DNA of 64,000 nt from Heterodontus francisci (lineage: Eukaryota), in assembly GCF_036365525.1 (NCBI RefSeq), contig NC_090390.1, forward strand, positions 86,208,252-86,272,251. The letters run 5' to 3'. A program made the translations under genes and the position numbers. Positions 12,410-23,534 of the stretch are shown in pieces. Within the stretch, counting starts at the first letter, position 1, and the number at the start of each line of letters is the position of its first letter. A model generated the notes under the pieces. The model was not told the origin of the DNA, did no database searches, and saw only the letters and a program-made list of their open reading frames with translations.

Positions 12410-13290
12410 ACTATCCAAGAAACTCTCAGCCGTGTGGATGTACCGTAGTGACGTCAGCTGCTGCTCAAGCTCCAAAACCTGGAGCTGAAGCTGCTGCAGC
12501 TGATGACACTTCCTACATGTGGTTATCCAAGTGTCTTGGAGTTCCCACATGGAACAGGATGTGCACTCCATGGAACTGAGGTGCCCTGCCAAGCCTCTAT
12601 TTATTAGACTATTGAGCATGGAATTAAAATAAATAAAGGCCCACCAGCTACTCATCAATCAGCTGCTTCTCTTGTGCTGATGTCATTTTCTTTTATAGAG
12701 ATTAACTGAAATGTTTTACTTAATGCTTATATAAAAACCTTAGATTTTAATTTACAGAAAAATTCAGAACTCTTTAGTCTTACTATCCCTTGTTATTTAA
12801 TTTGAACTTTATGACCCAGACTCGTTGCCTACAAGGGTGGTGGAAGCAGCGACGATGAATGATTTCAAAAGGAAATTGAATGGGCACTTGAGGGAAATAA
12901 ACTTGCAGGACTCCGTAGATAGAGCGGGGGAATGGGACTGATCGGATTGCTTTACAGAGAGCCAGCATGAACTCGATGGGCTGAATGGCCTCCTTCTGTG
13001 CTATAATGACTCCATCACTTCCCTAGATCTGATTAATTAATTGAGCACTGATCGTAATTACATGATGAGTTATAAAACTGGCTTTAATTTTTATACTAAT
13101 TAATCGATCTAGTCTGAGTTTATAGTTGATTAATTTAGATTAAATTAAAAGCTTACCAGAACTCACCCCACATGACTCCTTGTCCTGTGATATCACTTCA
13201 CGATTTTTTTTCCTTCTGTTCGGTTCAGACTCACAGCTCACAGCCTGATCTGCTCTGCTCCCGGCCTGCTACAATACTCTTAAAGGCGCC
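12410..13290 (-). mobile_element. CR1 5' UTR and ORF1 start (zinc finger plus coiled coil), interrupted by a small CR1 tail
   Basis: CTSCSMWEL..CRKC..LELEQQL; AT-rich leader homologous to 37455-37560. Confidence 0.75.
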
Positions 13291-13319
13291 TCACTCCCCT
13301 GTGCTCTGCAGATGAGCTG

Positions 13320-14190
13320 AGGTAAGGGCAAAGTTGGGTGGTGTTAGAGGCTTCAGTCTTCCCAATATTTAATTGGATAAAGTTTCTGCTCATCCAGTAC
13401 TGGATGTTGTACAAGACAGAGGCAGTGGTGGGGTAGAGCTGGGTGTTGTCAGCGTACATGCAGAAGTCGACATTAAAGCCTGGCTCGGGTCGAAAATTAA
13501 AACCCGACCTGGGCCCGACCCGACCACAACCAACCTGAACCCGACCCGGGCCCAAGTCGTTTAATTTTTTTGCGCCCGACCCGACCTGACCTGAATATCG
13601 TTCATCCGTTCTGCCAGCAGGCTATTCCTGCGGATAGAGTTGCGGGGAATCATGGGTAAGCCTGATCCCGTGACGTCCCAGAAGCAGCGCTGTCCAGCCC
13701 GACCCGACCCGAGCCCGAATGCTGGACTCGAAATATAGACCCAACCCGGCACGAACCCAACACATGTAGTTGGGTCTCGTCTGGTTCAGGTCGGGTAGCC
13801 AGGCTTTAGCCGACATTGTGTTTTCGGATAATGCAGCATGTGGGATGAGAGATTGGTGGGGACCTGGGATAGATCTTTGGGGGGACACTAGAGATAACGG
13901 TGTGGGAGCAGGAAAAGAAGCCATTGCAGAAGATTCTCTGGCTACAATTTGATAGGTAAGAATGGAATTAGATGAGTGCAGTCTCACCCACTGGACGACA
14001 GTGGCATTGGAGGAGGATGGTGTGGTCAACCATGCAGACAGGTCGAGAAGGGTAAGGAGGTACCATGGTCACAGTCACATCGGATTTCATTGGTGATTAT
14101 AACATGTGCTGTTTCAGGACCATGCCAGGGGAAGAAACCTGATTGGAGGGAATTAACCATGCTGGAAAGCAGCTGTAAAAGTGGGTATGG
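13320..14190 (-). mobile_element. Old L2-clade RT fragment
   Basis: MYADNTQLY and WMSRNFIQLNIGKTE motifs. Confidence 0.65.
13474..13808. mobile_element. hAT-type MITE (non-autonomous DNA transposon)
   Basis: 12-bp perfect TIR TAAAGCCTGGCT/AGCCAGGCTTTA; 8-bp TSD GTCGACAT/GCCGACAT; subterminal (CCCGA)n repeats. Confidence 0.85.
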
Positions 14191-15115
14191 AATTTAAGAG
14201 TATTTCATTGGTTGTGAAGCTCATTGGGATGTTCTGAGGTCATGAATGGCGCTATAGAAATAAAAATTTCTTCTTTTTATTTAAGGTATAAACCAAAAAA
14301 AAGTAAACAGGAGCAAAAGACAAACACGGAAATAAAAGTTTATACAGCATCGCCTCGCACCGTGAGCATGATTCAGGGTGTCAGACAACAGATTACTTTG
14401 AAGGGAAGGACTGTTATGTTGCAAAATGTGGCAGTCACCCTGCACCAGTACCAACAAGGGGCATTTGTTTTTGCTATGGTTTGCCCTGATGAGGGTGAGG
14501 TTGGCAAGGCCATTTCTGACTAATCCTTGCTTGCCCTGAAGAGGTATCCGTGTGCTTTCTTCCATTTTCATAATTACTGTCTGTACCACTGACTGGTTTT
14601 TAGGGCCACTTCAAGGGGCTTTAAAGAGCAGGGCAGAGGTGGCAGGTTTCTTTCCCTTAAGGGCATTAGTGAACCGATTTGGCTTTTGCAAAAAGCTTCC
14701 ATAGTTATTATTTCAGATTTATTCAATCCAATTTCACAACTGGCCATAATGGGATTTGAACTCATGACCTTTTGGTTGCGCATCCACAAATCTGCCCCTG
14801 CATCCCTAAATCCCACCCTGAACATCCCCAATCTCCCCCCGGAACATCCCGAAACCCAGCCCCACATCCCCAATCCTGGCAACGCCTGTCCAGACATTCC
14901 CAAACGTAGCACATGCAACATTTCCAAACTGGGAGCGAGGAGATTATCAGAAGTTGCATTTGTTCGAATGGGCATGGCAGGAGATGTGAACAGCTCTCTG
15001 AGAGAGCCAGCACAGGCACAATGGGCTGAATGGGGGATGGGCTAGAGAATGGAACTAAGGGGACAGCTCTTTCAGAGAGAAGACACTGGGACGTTGGGCC
15101 AACTGGCCTCTTTCT

Positions 15116-15232
15116 ATAAAAGCAAAATACTGCACATGCTGAAGGGTCACTGACCTGAAACGTTAACTCTGCTTCTCTCTCCACAGATGCTGCCAGACCT
15201 GCTGAGTATTTCCAGCATTTCTTGTTTTTATT
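15116..15232 (+). mobile_element. Penelope-like P1 terminal fragment with a short inverted 5' piece
   Basis: TGAAGGGTCACTGACCTGAAACGTTAACTCTG.. preceded by inverted AAAAGCAAAATACTGC. Confidence 0.65.
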
Positions 15233-15374
15233 TGGCCTCTTTCTATGCTGTAAAATTCTATGATTCTATTTCTATGCAGAGAATGCCTTCACCCCTCTAT
15301 CTCCATCAGATTGAAATTACTTATGTGAAAGAGCAGCACCCATATGCTTGCAATGAGAACCACAAAATACTCAC

Positions 15375-15503
15375 GGTCTTTTCAATCTCTGCAGCCTCAT
15401 CTCTGGGCATTCGATCCAGGAAATCGTGGTAGTGTTTGAGGCCAATGGTCTGCTGCTTAGTGAGACTGGCTTTTGTGTGAATGTCATCCAAGGTTCTGAA
15501 TCC
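15375..15503 (-). CDS. POLL: DNA polymerase lambda, coding exon 5 (fingers to start of palm)
   Basis: [43 protein letters not shown]; tttacag| acceptor, |gtgagt donor; 129 nt, phase 0-0. Confidence 0.95.
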
Positions 15504-15709
15504 CTGTAAAACATGTCAAAGTACCAAAGCTTCTCAACGTATGTCCAAATGAGAAAAAGACAGTGATAGGACTTCATCCTTTTTACTAAAAGGGGAGTCA
15601 GTATGAGGAACAGAATACCGGCACAAGGGCTAGAAACCTTACTGGGCTTCAGGGAGGAATTGGACAGGTTGCAACAACAAATGGGATTCATGGGGTCATA
15701 ATGGCAGTG

Positions 15710-16600
15710 GAGGCCACCATTCGGCCCATCAACTCCATCCTGGCTCTCTGTAGAGCAATCCAGTCAGTCCCATTGTCCCGCTCTAACACCATAGCCCTGC
15801 AATTGTCTTTCCCTCAGGTACCCATCCAATTTCCTTTTGAAATTACTGATCGTCTCCACTTCCACCACCCTCGTAGGCAGCGAGTTCCAAGTCATTACCA
15901 TTCGCTGCCAGAAAGGTTCTTCCTCACATCCCCCCGCATCTCTTGCCCAAAACCTTAAATCTGTGTCCCCTCGCTAATCGATCAGCTAATGGGAACAGCT
16001 TTTCTTTGTCTACCTTATCTAAACGTGTCATAATCTTGTACACCTGTATGAGATCTCCCCTCAATCTCCTTTGCTCCAAGGATAACAACCTCAGCTTCTC
16101 CAACATCACCTTGTAACTAAAATCCCTCATCCCTGAAACCATTCTGGTAAATCTCCACTGCACCCTCATATCCTTCCTAAAACGTGGTGACCAGAACTGG
16201 ACATAATACTCTATTTATGGCCTAAGCAGAGCTTTATAAAAGTTCAGAATTAACTTCGCTGCTTTGTAGTCAATACCTCCATTTATGAAGCCCAAGATCC
16301 CATATACTTAGATATGTTCTCAATATGGTCTGCCACCTTCAAAGATCTATGCAAATGCACCCCAAGGTCCCTCTGTTCCTGCACAATCTTTAGAACTGTG
16401 CCATTTAGTCTATATTGCCTCTCCCTATCTCTTCTGACAAAATGCATCACCTCACACTTCTCTGTATTAAATTCCATCTGCCACTTACCAAGATTCACTG
16501 TTTTCTGTCCTTAAGCTAATATTTTATCCCAGGGGGCACTGACCCTTCTATTCCATAAGCCTCAATTTTGTTAACCAGCGTTTTATGTCATACTTTGTTA
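15710..16600 (-). mobile_element. CR1 3' fragment
   Basis: [20 protein letters not shown] motifs and CR1 tail. Confidence 0.85.
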
Positions 16601-17532
16601 AAATCCAGGGTTATTACAAATGCACCAAGGGAATACTGAGGATACATGAACTCGATGGCTGAAGGTTCCCTGTCTGCCTGCAAGTTTTAAAGGAAGAAAT
16701 AAGTTGCATTTCTGTAGTTCCTTTCACGACCTCAGGATGTTGTTTTGAAGTGTAGTCACTGTTGTTACCATGTAAAAGTTAGCAGAGGCGATAGGGACTC
16801 ACTGTTACTGGTATCAACATCCTGAGGTTAGAGAGAGCAAATTCATGGAGGGAAAATCAGCCAGAGCTCCAGCTCCTGACCTAGGCTGAAGTGGATGTTT
16901 GTGGATGAGGACAGGAATGGGCATGTGACTGTGAGCCAGTGACTCCTGTGCAGCTGAAGCCCAGTGATAGCCAGTGGCTTTGGGAAAAGAGGATGGAGGA
17001 AAAAAGGGGAAAATTGCATTCGCCGCCTTCTGGTGTACAGGAGTTGAGACAAATATATTTCCTGCTGTGGGGGTGATCCTCCTGTGGATTTCCCGCTATT
17101 CAATATCTCCCCACAGGTGACACTGGGAAATGAGCATGTGGGAATCACCACATCATCCAATCACTTCATGCTGCACAGTGCCAGACCAGTACTCTCCCCA
17201 ACAAAGTTAGCAGCTTTTATTAGTGCTTCAAATTGCCACTAAAATGGGAATTCTCCTGGGATCCTGGCCAACAATTCCCCCTCACACTGAGAGTTCTCTG
17301 TATATTTACATTAGTCACCTCACTTCAAAGTAATCTATACTATATGAAGCACTGTGAGATGTTAAGGCCAGATGTTATATAAATGTCAGGTCTTCATTTG
17401 GTGTAATACACTGCAACATGGAGCTGGCTTTCTGTAGTCTGCAGACAGTAGTCTGTCAAGCCATGAAGGCAATGACAGTAAACCCAAGCACCTGCTCAAA
17501 GTATATCAAACACTACATAACCTGCATCCCAC

Positions 17533-17706
17533 CTGTTGATACCACATCCGGGCTGTCTTCACACCAGCTCCCCAGATGTTAGAAAAGGTTTCCAGCACAG
17601 GGACGCTCTCACTGATGTAGTCCAGCTTGCGCAGGTGCCCACTCTCCAGTATCTCTCTGATCTTCTCAGCCATCCGTTTGCCAATGCCAGGGATATTGCA
17701 GGCTTC
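17533..17706 (-). CDS. POLL: DNA polymerase lambda, coding exon 4 (8-kDa lyase HhH and fingers HhH)
   Basis: [58 protein letters not shown]; ctccag| acceptor, |gtggga donor; 174 nt. Confidence 0.97.
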
Positions 17707-17985
17707 CTGGAGATGGCAAAGAGGAAACTGGCTCAGAAATAAGTTCACGTGCACAAATTAGGACAATTCTTTTCAGGTTTTTAGGAAAGATAATGGGATC
17801 CATTGCTTTATAAATAGAGTACAAAATCAAGAAAGTTATGCTAAGTCTTTATAAAACACTGGTTAGGCCCCAGCTGGAGGATTGTGGCCAATTCTGGGCA
17901 CCATTCTTTAGGCAGGATGTTAACCTTGGGGAGGGTGCTGAGGAGATTTACCAGAACAGCATCAGGGATGAAGGATGTCAGTTAT

Positions 17986-18640
17986 GGGGAGGCAGTGCCG
18001 TAGTGGTAATGTCACTGGATGAGTATTCCAGAAGCCCAGGCTAATGCTCTGGAGACATGGGTTCAAATCCCACCACGGCAGATGGTGAAATTTGAATTCA
18101 ATTAATAAAAATCAGGAATGAAACACTTGAAACCATGAAACCATTGTCGATTGTTGGAAAAACCCATCTGGTTCACTAATGCCCTTTCGGGAAGGAAATC
18201 TGCTGTCCTTACCTGGTCTGGCCTACATGTGACTCCAGACCCACAGCAATGTGGTTAACTCTTACATGCCCTCTGAAATGGCCTAGCAAGCCACTCAGTT
18301 GTACCTAACCACTACAAAGTCAATAAAAAGGAATGAAACCGGACGGACCACCCGGCATCGACCTAGGCACCGGAAACGACAACGGTAAACCCAGCCCTGT
18401 TGACCCTGCAAAGTCCTTACTAACATCTGGGGGCTTGTGCCAAAGTTGGGAGAGCTGTCTCACAGACTAGTCAAGCAACAGCCTGACATAGTCATACTCA
18501 CGGAATCATACCTTACAGACAATATCCCAGACACTGCCATCACCATCCCTGGGTATGTCCTGTCCCATCGACAGGACAGACCCACCAGAGGTGGTGGCAC
18601 AGTGGTATACAGTAGGGAGGGAGTTGCCCTGGGAGTCCTG
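17986..18640 (+). mobile_element. 5' end of family B LINE: tRNA-like head, about 340-nt leader, then APE endonuclease N-terminus
   Basis: A-box-like TGCCGTAGTGG 17996-18006; B-box GGTTCAAATCC 18060-18070; LTNIWGLVPK..PDIVILTESYL..RQDRPTRGGGTVVYSREG, overlapping the EN sequence at 7922. Confidence 0.85.
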
Positions 18641-19036
18641 CTCTTTCTAACGTCCTAGGGGAAGAGGACCTCCTTCCTCGCCCGAGCAGCCTGGAGGAGC
18701 ACCTGTAGGGAGGCATCCATGAACCGTAGGGCTACCCTTGATCTCCCTTCTGCCATCTCCAGATGTATTTGGATTGCCAGGGCTCCCTCTGCTCTCTCCT
18801 GAGCTGCAACTACTATTGGGCGCCATTTAAATGTGGCGCCAGCGTTGACTAAGCTGGGATTTCCCCGTCTGTGCTACCCCAGTATACGGCTCCCCCACCT
18901 GCTGGACGCTAATTGGCTGGCTCTGAGAAGAACCTGGAACGCAACCCCACTTGCCCCCCCCATCCCCCCCCCCCCCCCGTGGCAATAACATCCGCTTCCG
19001 GTCACAAGTTTGGGGCTTCCAAGAAAATCCCAGCCT
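18641..19036 (-). mobile_element. PIF/Harbinger-like transposon end with the start of a Myb/SANT-like ORF (pseudogenised)
   Basis: From ATG 18756: MAEGRSRVALRFMDASLQVLLQAARARKEVLFP*, resembling the Myb/SANT-like N-terminal helix; terminus GGCTGGGATTTTC next to TAA. Confidence 0.55.
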
Positions 19037-19054
19037 AAATCTGTGTCCTCTGGA

Positions 19055-19720
19055 TCTGGATGTCCTCGTGCATGAATCACAAAAGATTAGTATACAGGTT
19101 CAGCAAGTAATTAGAAAAGCTCATAGAACATTATCGTTTATTGCAAGGGGAACTGAATACAAAAGTAGAGAGGTTACCCTTCAGTTATTAAGGGCATTAG
19201 TGAGACCACATCTGGAGTACTGTGTATGGTATTGGTCTCCTTATTTAAGGAAGGATGTAAATGAGTTGGAGGAAGTTCAGAGAAGGTTGACTCGACTAAT
19301 CCCTGGAATGGGCGGGTTGTCTTATGAGGAAAGGTTGGGCAGGCTAGGCTTGTATCCGCTGGAGTTTAGAAGAGGTGACTTGATTGAAACATATAAGATC
19401 CTGTGGGGTCTTGACAGGGTGGATGTTTCCCCTTGTGGGAGAATCTAGAACTAGGGGTCACTGTTTAAAAATAAGGGGTCACCCATTTAAGACAGAGATG
19501 AGGAGAAATTTTTTCTCTCAGAGGGTTGAGAGTCTTTGGAATTCTCTTCCTCAAAAGGCGGTGGAAGCAGAGTCTTTAAATATTTTTAAGGCAGAGGTAG
19601 ATAGATTCTTGATAAGCAAAGGGGTGGAAAGTTATTGGGGGTAGGTGGGAAAGTGGAGCCAAGGTTACATTCAGATCAACCATGATCTTATTGAATGGTG
19701 GAGCAGGCTCGAGGGGCCTG
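19055..19720 (+). mobile_element. CR1 3' fragment
   Basis: ALVRPHLEYC, RNFFSQRV..LWNSLP. Confidence 0.9.
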
Positions 19721-19796
19721 GATAAACTGCCACTTTGAAAGGCACGGATTAATCAGGGATAGTCAGCATGGATTTGGTAAGGGATTGTCATGTCAG

Positions 19797-21450
19797 AGTC
19801 ATACAGCATAGAAACAGGCCCTTCGGCCCACCGCGTCCATGCCAACAATAATGCCTAGCTATACTAATCCCACCTGCCTGCATTAATTCCTTATCCCTCT
19901 ATACCTTTCTCATTCAAGTACTTGTCCAGATGCCTCTTAAATGTTGCTATTGTTCCTGCCTCCACCACCTCCTCAGGCAGCTCATTCCAGATACCCACTA
20001 TTCTTTGTGTGAAACATTTACCCCTTTGATCCCCTTTAAACCTCCTCCCTCTCATCTTAAATCTGTGCCCTCTAGTTTTAGTCAACCCTACCATGGGGAA
20101 CAAACTCTGGCTATCTACCCTATCTGTGCCCCTCATAATTTTATATACCTCTATCATGTCCCCTCTCAGTCTCCTTCGCTCCAGGGAAAACAGACCCAGC
20201 CTATCCAATCTCTCTTTATAACTCAAGCCCTCCAAACCAGGCAACATCCTTGTGAATCTTTTCTGCACTCTCTCTAGCTTAATCACATCTTTCCTGTAGT
20301 GCGGTGACCAGAACTGCACACAGTACTCCAAATGCAGCCTAACCAACGTTATGTACAACTGTAACATGAGGTCCCAACTCTTGTACTCAATGCCTCGGCT
20401 GATGAAGGCAAGCATGCCATACACCTTTTACACCACCCTGTCTACCTGTGTTGCCACTTTCAGGGAACTATGTACCTGCACCCCAAGGTCTCTCTGCTCA
20501 ACAACACTCCCCAGAGCCCTGCCATTCACTGTATATGTCCTGCCCTGGTTTAACTTCCCAAAATGCATCACTTCGCACTTGTCTGCATTAAATTCCATTT
20601 GCCAATCCCTTGCCCACTTTCCCAGTTGATCTATATCCTGTTGTAACCTTAGACAACCTTCTTCACTGTCCACTATACCACCAATTTTGGTGTCATCTGC
20701 AAACTTACTAATCATGGCCCCTACATTCACATCCAAGTCATTAATATATATGACAAACAACAGATGGCCCAGCAGCGATCCCTGCGGCACACCCCTGGTC
20801 ACCGGCCTCCAATCTGAAAAACAACCCTCCACTACCACCCTCCTATCACCAAGCCAATTTTGTATCCAATTTGCTAGCTCACCCTGGATCCCATGTGTTC
20901 GAACCTTCTGGACCAGCCTACCATGCAGGACCTTGTCAAAGTCCATGTAGACAACGTCCATCGCCCTGCCCTCGTCAATTCTCTTGGTCGCCTCCTCGAA
21001 AAACTCAATCAAATTCGTGAGACGTTATTTCCCACGCACAAAGCCATGCTGACTATCCCTGATCAGACCTTGCCTTTCCAAATGTATATAAATCCTGTCT
21101 CTCAGAATCCCTTCCAATAACTTTCCCACCACTGATGTAAGGCTCACCGGCCTGTAGTTCCCTGACTTATCCCTGCTGCCCTTCTTAAATAAAGGCACAA
21201 CATTACCTATTCTCCAGTCTTCCAGTACCTTACCCGTGGCTAATGATGATACAAAAATCTCTGCCAGGACCCCAGCAATCTCCTCCCTTGCTTCCCATAG
21301 CATCCTAGGATACACCTGGTCAGGCCCTGGAGATTTATCCACCTTAATGCACTTCAAAACCTCCAACACCTACTCCTTTGTAATGTTGATCTGCTCCAGG
21401 ATATCGCTGTTCCCTCCCTTGAACTCACTAGCTTCCATGACCTTCTCCAC
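19797..21450 (-). mobile_element. 5'-truncated CR1 LINE (RT and tail)
   Basis: ORFs 21025-21369, 20428-21012 and 19891-20424 give KSPGPD, GVPQGS, KFADDTK. Confidence 0.93.
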
Positions 21451-22110
21451 TCTCTCTCTCTCTGTCCCCCTCTTTTCCTCTCTGTCTCTCCCTATGTCCC
21501 CCCTCCTCTATCTGACTCCCCCTCTCTGCCCCTCTCCCCTCACTCTCTCTCTGCCCCTCTCCCCTCACTCTGTCTCTTTCTTTCTCTGTTCCCCCCTCTC
21601 TCTCTGACCCCCCCTTCTCTGTCTCTTCCTCTGCCTCCCCCTCCCCATTATCCCTCTCCCTCGCTCACCTCCCACTCTATTCCCTCTCTCTGTTCATCCC
21701 TCTCCCTCTCGATCTCCCTCTCTCTCTCTCTGTTCCCTCCCCCCCCCCCGTCTCTGTCCGCCCCTCTCTCTGTTCCCCACCCCCGTCCCTCCTCCCTTTG
21801 TCCCCCCCCCGCATGTCACTCCCCCTCTCTCTATCGCCCTCTCTGTCCCTCCCTTCCTCTGTCCCATTTGTCTCCCTCTCTCTGTTCCCCCTCCCTCCCT
21901 CTCTGTCCCATTTGTCCCCCTCTCTCTATCCCCCCTCTCTCTCTGTTCCCGCCTCTCTCTCTGTTCCCGCCTCTCTTTCACCCTGTCCCCTCTCTCTCTG
22001 TCCCCCCATCTCTCTGTCCAAACCCCGTCCCTCCCTGTACCCCTCTCTTTCTCCCTTCGTCCCTTGCCTCTCTCTGTCCCCCCTCCCTCACTGTACCCCG
22101 CCTCTTTCCC
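21450..22110. repeat. CT-rich low-complexity polypyrimidine tract, about 660 bp
   Basis: Almost pure C/T with recurring CTCTGT(C/T)CCC units. Confidence 0.9.
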
Positions 22111-22492
22111 CAACAGTTGCAGGGAGCGGGAACGCTCAGCACAGCAGCTTTGTGGTTGGTTAGTTTTTTTAAAAATCGTGTTTAGTGTGCAGCTGACAGG
22201 TCCTCTGAGTGGAAACAGCAGTTTCCGACTTCGGACAGATTTGGGGTTTTCCGGCGGGCTTATTAAAAAAAAGGAACCCGCCTGAAAATCCCAAATCTGT
22301 CCAAAGTTGGGAAACAGCTGTTCCCGCACCCAGCGCCTGTCAGCTGTGAAACTAAAAGCGCAATTTTTTTTAAAAGCCGGTCTTAAAGAAGAGGACAATG
22401 GAAAATTTCTCATCTCTGAAATACATCTGCGGGCTAGATGGAAACCTTTGGAGGGCCAGATTCTGGCCATGGGTCATATGTTGGACAGTCCT
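22110..22492. mobile_element. Probable hAT (Charlie/Tip100-like) non-autonomous element end containing an imperfect palindrome of about 210 bp
   Basis: Arms 22166-22260 and 22275-22375; terminal GGGCCAGATTCTGGCC..ATGTTGGACAGTCC resembles hAT ends; other end not found. Confidence 0.5.
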
Positions 22493-22929
22493 TTATGCTG
22501 CATCTCATCCCTGCTCTGCCTGACCAGGAGCTGCTTGATGTTAACCCTGGCTGCAGATTGCGGACATCCATTATTGAGAAGGTGCTAGAAGGGATTGTAA
22601 GATATTCCCTTTATTATCACTCGGAGAGGGAATGAGTCAGGATTGGAAAACTTTGAGGACAGACTTGAATTTCTGGTAATATTTCCACTGAAGGAGAGAG
22701 AGAGCTAAAAGCACATTTAGTACAAGTTTTCAAAATTCTGAAGAGTTTTTAGTAGAGTAAACATTTCCTCTGGCTGGGAATTCAATGATGTGAGGGGAAA
22801 GGTTGAGACAAATGTCTTTACACAGAATGCTACTGGAGCTTGGAATGCTTTGCCACAGGGATTGGTTGAGGCAGAGACTCTTGCAACTCTTAAAGGAGGA
22901 ATACGACAAAAATTAAAACTGTACACAAT

Positions 22930-23054
22930 GGGGGTCATTTTAACATGAGGTCAATGGAGAGTAAAATCAGCCGGAGTGCAAAAGTACCGGATCCTGTCCG
23001 ATTCCTGGTTGGGTGAGGGGGGGTGGTTGCAGTGATTAGGTTAAAATTACTCCC
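22930..23054. mobile_element. 125-bp MITE, Harbinger-like TIRs
   Basis: GGGGGTCATTTTAAC ... GTTAAAATTACTCCC (13/15 inverted match). Confidence 0.55.
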
Positions 23055-23111
23055 AGTGTGTGATTCAAAATGGATGTTCCTTCATTTAGGAGGAAAAGGC
23101 AGAGATTTTAC

Positions 23112-23420
23112 CTGATAGGAGGACACTGGCTTCTGGCAACACTTCAGGGCATTAATGGCCTTGGCGTATCCCAGCGCTCGCCACTTGTCACCTTGATATG
23201 TGTATGCAGCCGCCAACACCTCTAGCTTGTCTGTGATGGGCTTGTTGTGGTTTTGCTTCTTGCTTTCAGATGACTGGGCACACACCCACTTGCCACTGAT
23301 GGCTGGTTCACTGCGGTCAGATTCACTGGCTGAATAGCTGGTCCCAGAGATCAGTGTTTGCAGCTCATGCTCGGAGACTCTGTCATCTTCAGCCTCACTT
23401 CCACCTTCGTCTTCGGATAA
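23112..23420 (-). CDS. POLL: DNA polymerase lambda, coding exon 3 (linker and start of the 8-kDa domain)
   Basis: [55 protein letters not shown]; ccccag| acceptor, |gtaaaa donor; 309 nt. Confidence 0.96.
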
Positions 23421-23534
23421 CTGGGGAGACACCATGGAGGGCATTCAGTGCAAGGGGTGAATACCTCACCAATGCATCACATTTAGATACAGCTGCATCC
23501 CAAATCTCCCCCATTTTGTCTGTTTGTAAACGTG

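Noticed and set aside
14224-14975. ORFs near the expected next POLL exon
   Set aside because: No Pol X motifs; part of the region is a degraded relative of the family B head.
17986-18080. tRNA gene
   Set aside because: No proper acceptor stem or downstream T-run terminator; it continues into retroelement sequence. The same applies to the V-SINE and Deu-SINE heads.
21694-22470. 258-aa Gly/Arg/Glu-rich ORF
   Set aside because: Translation of the CT-rich low-complexity tract.
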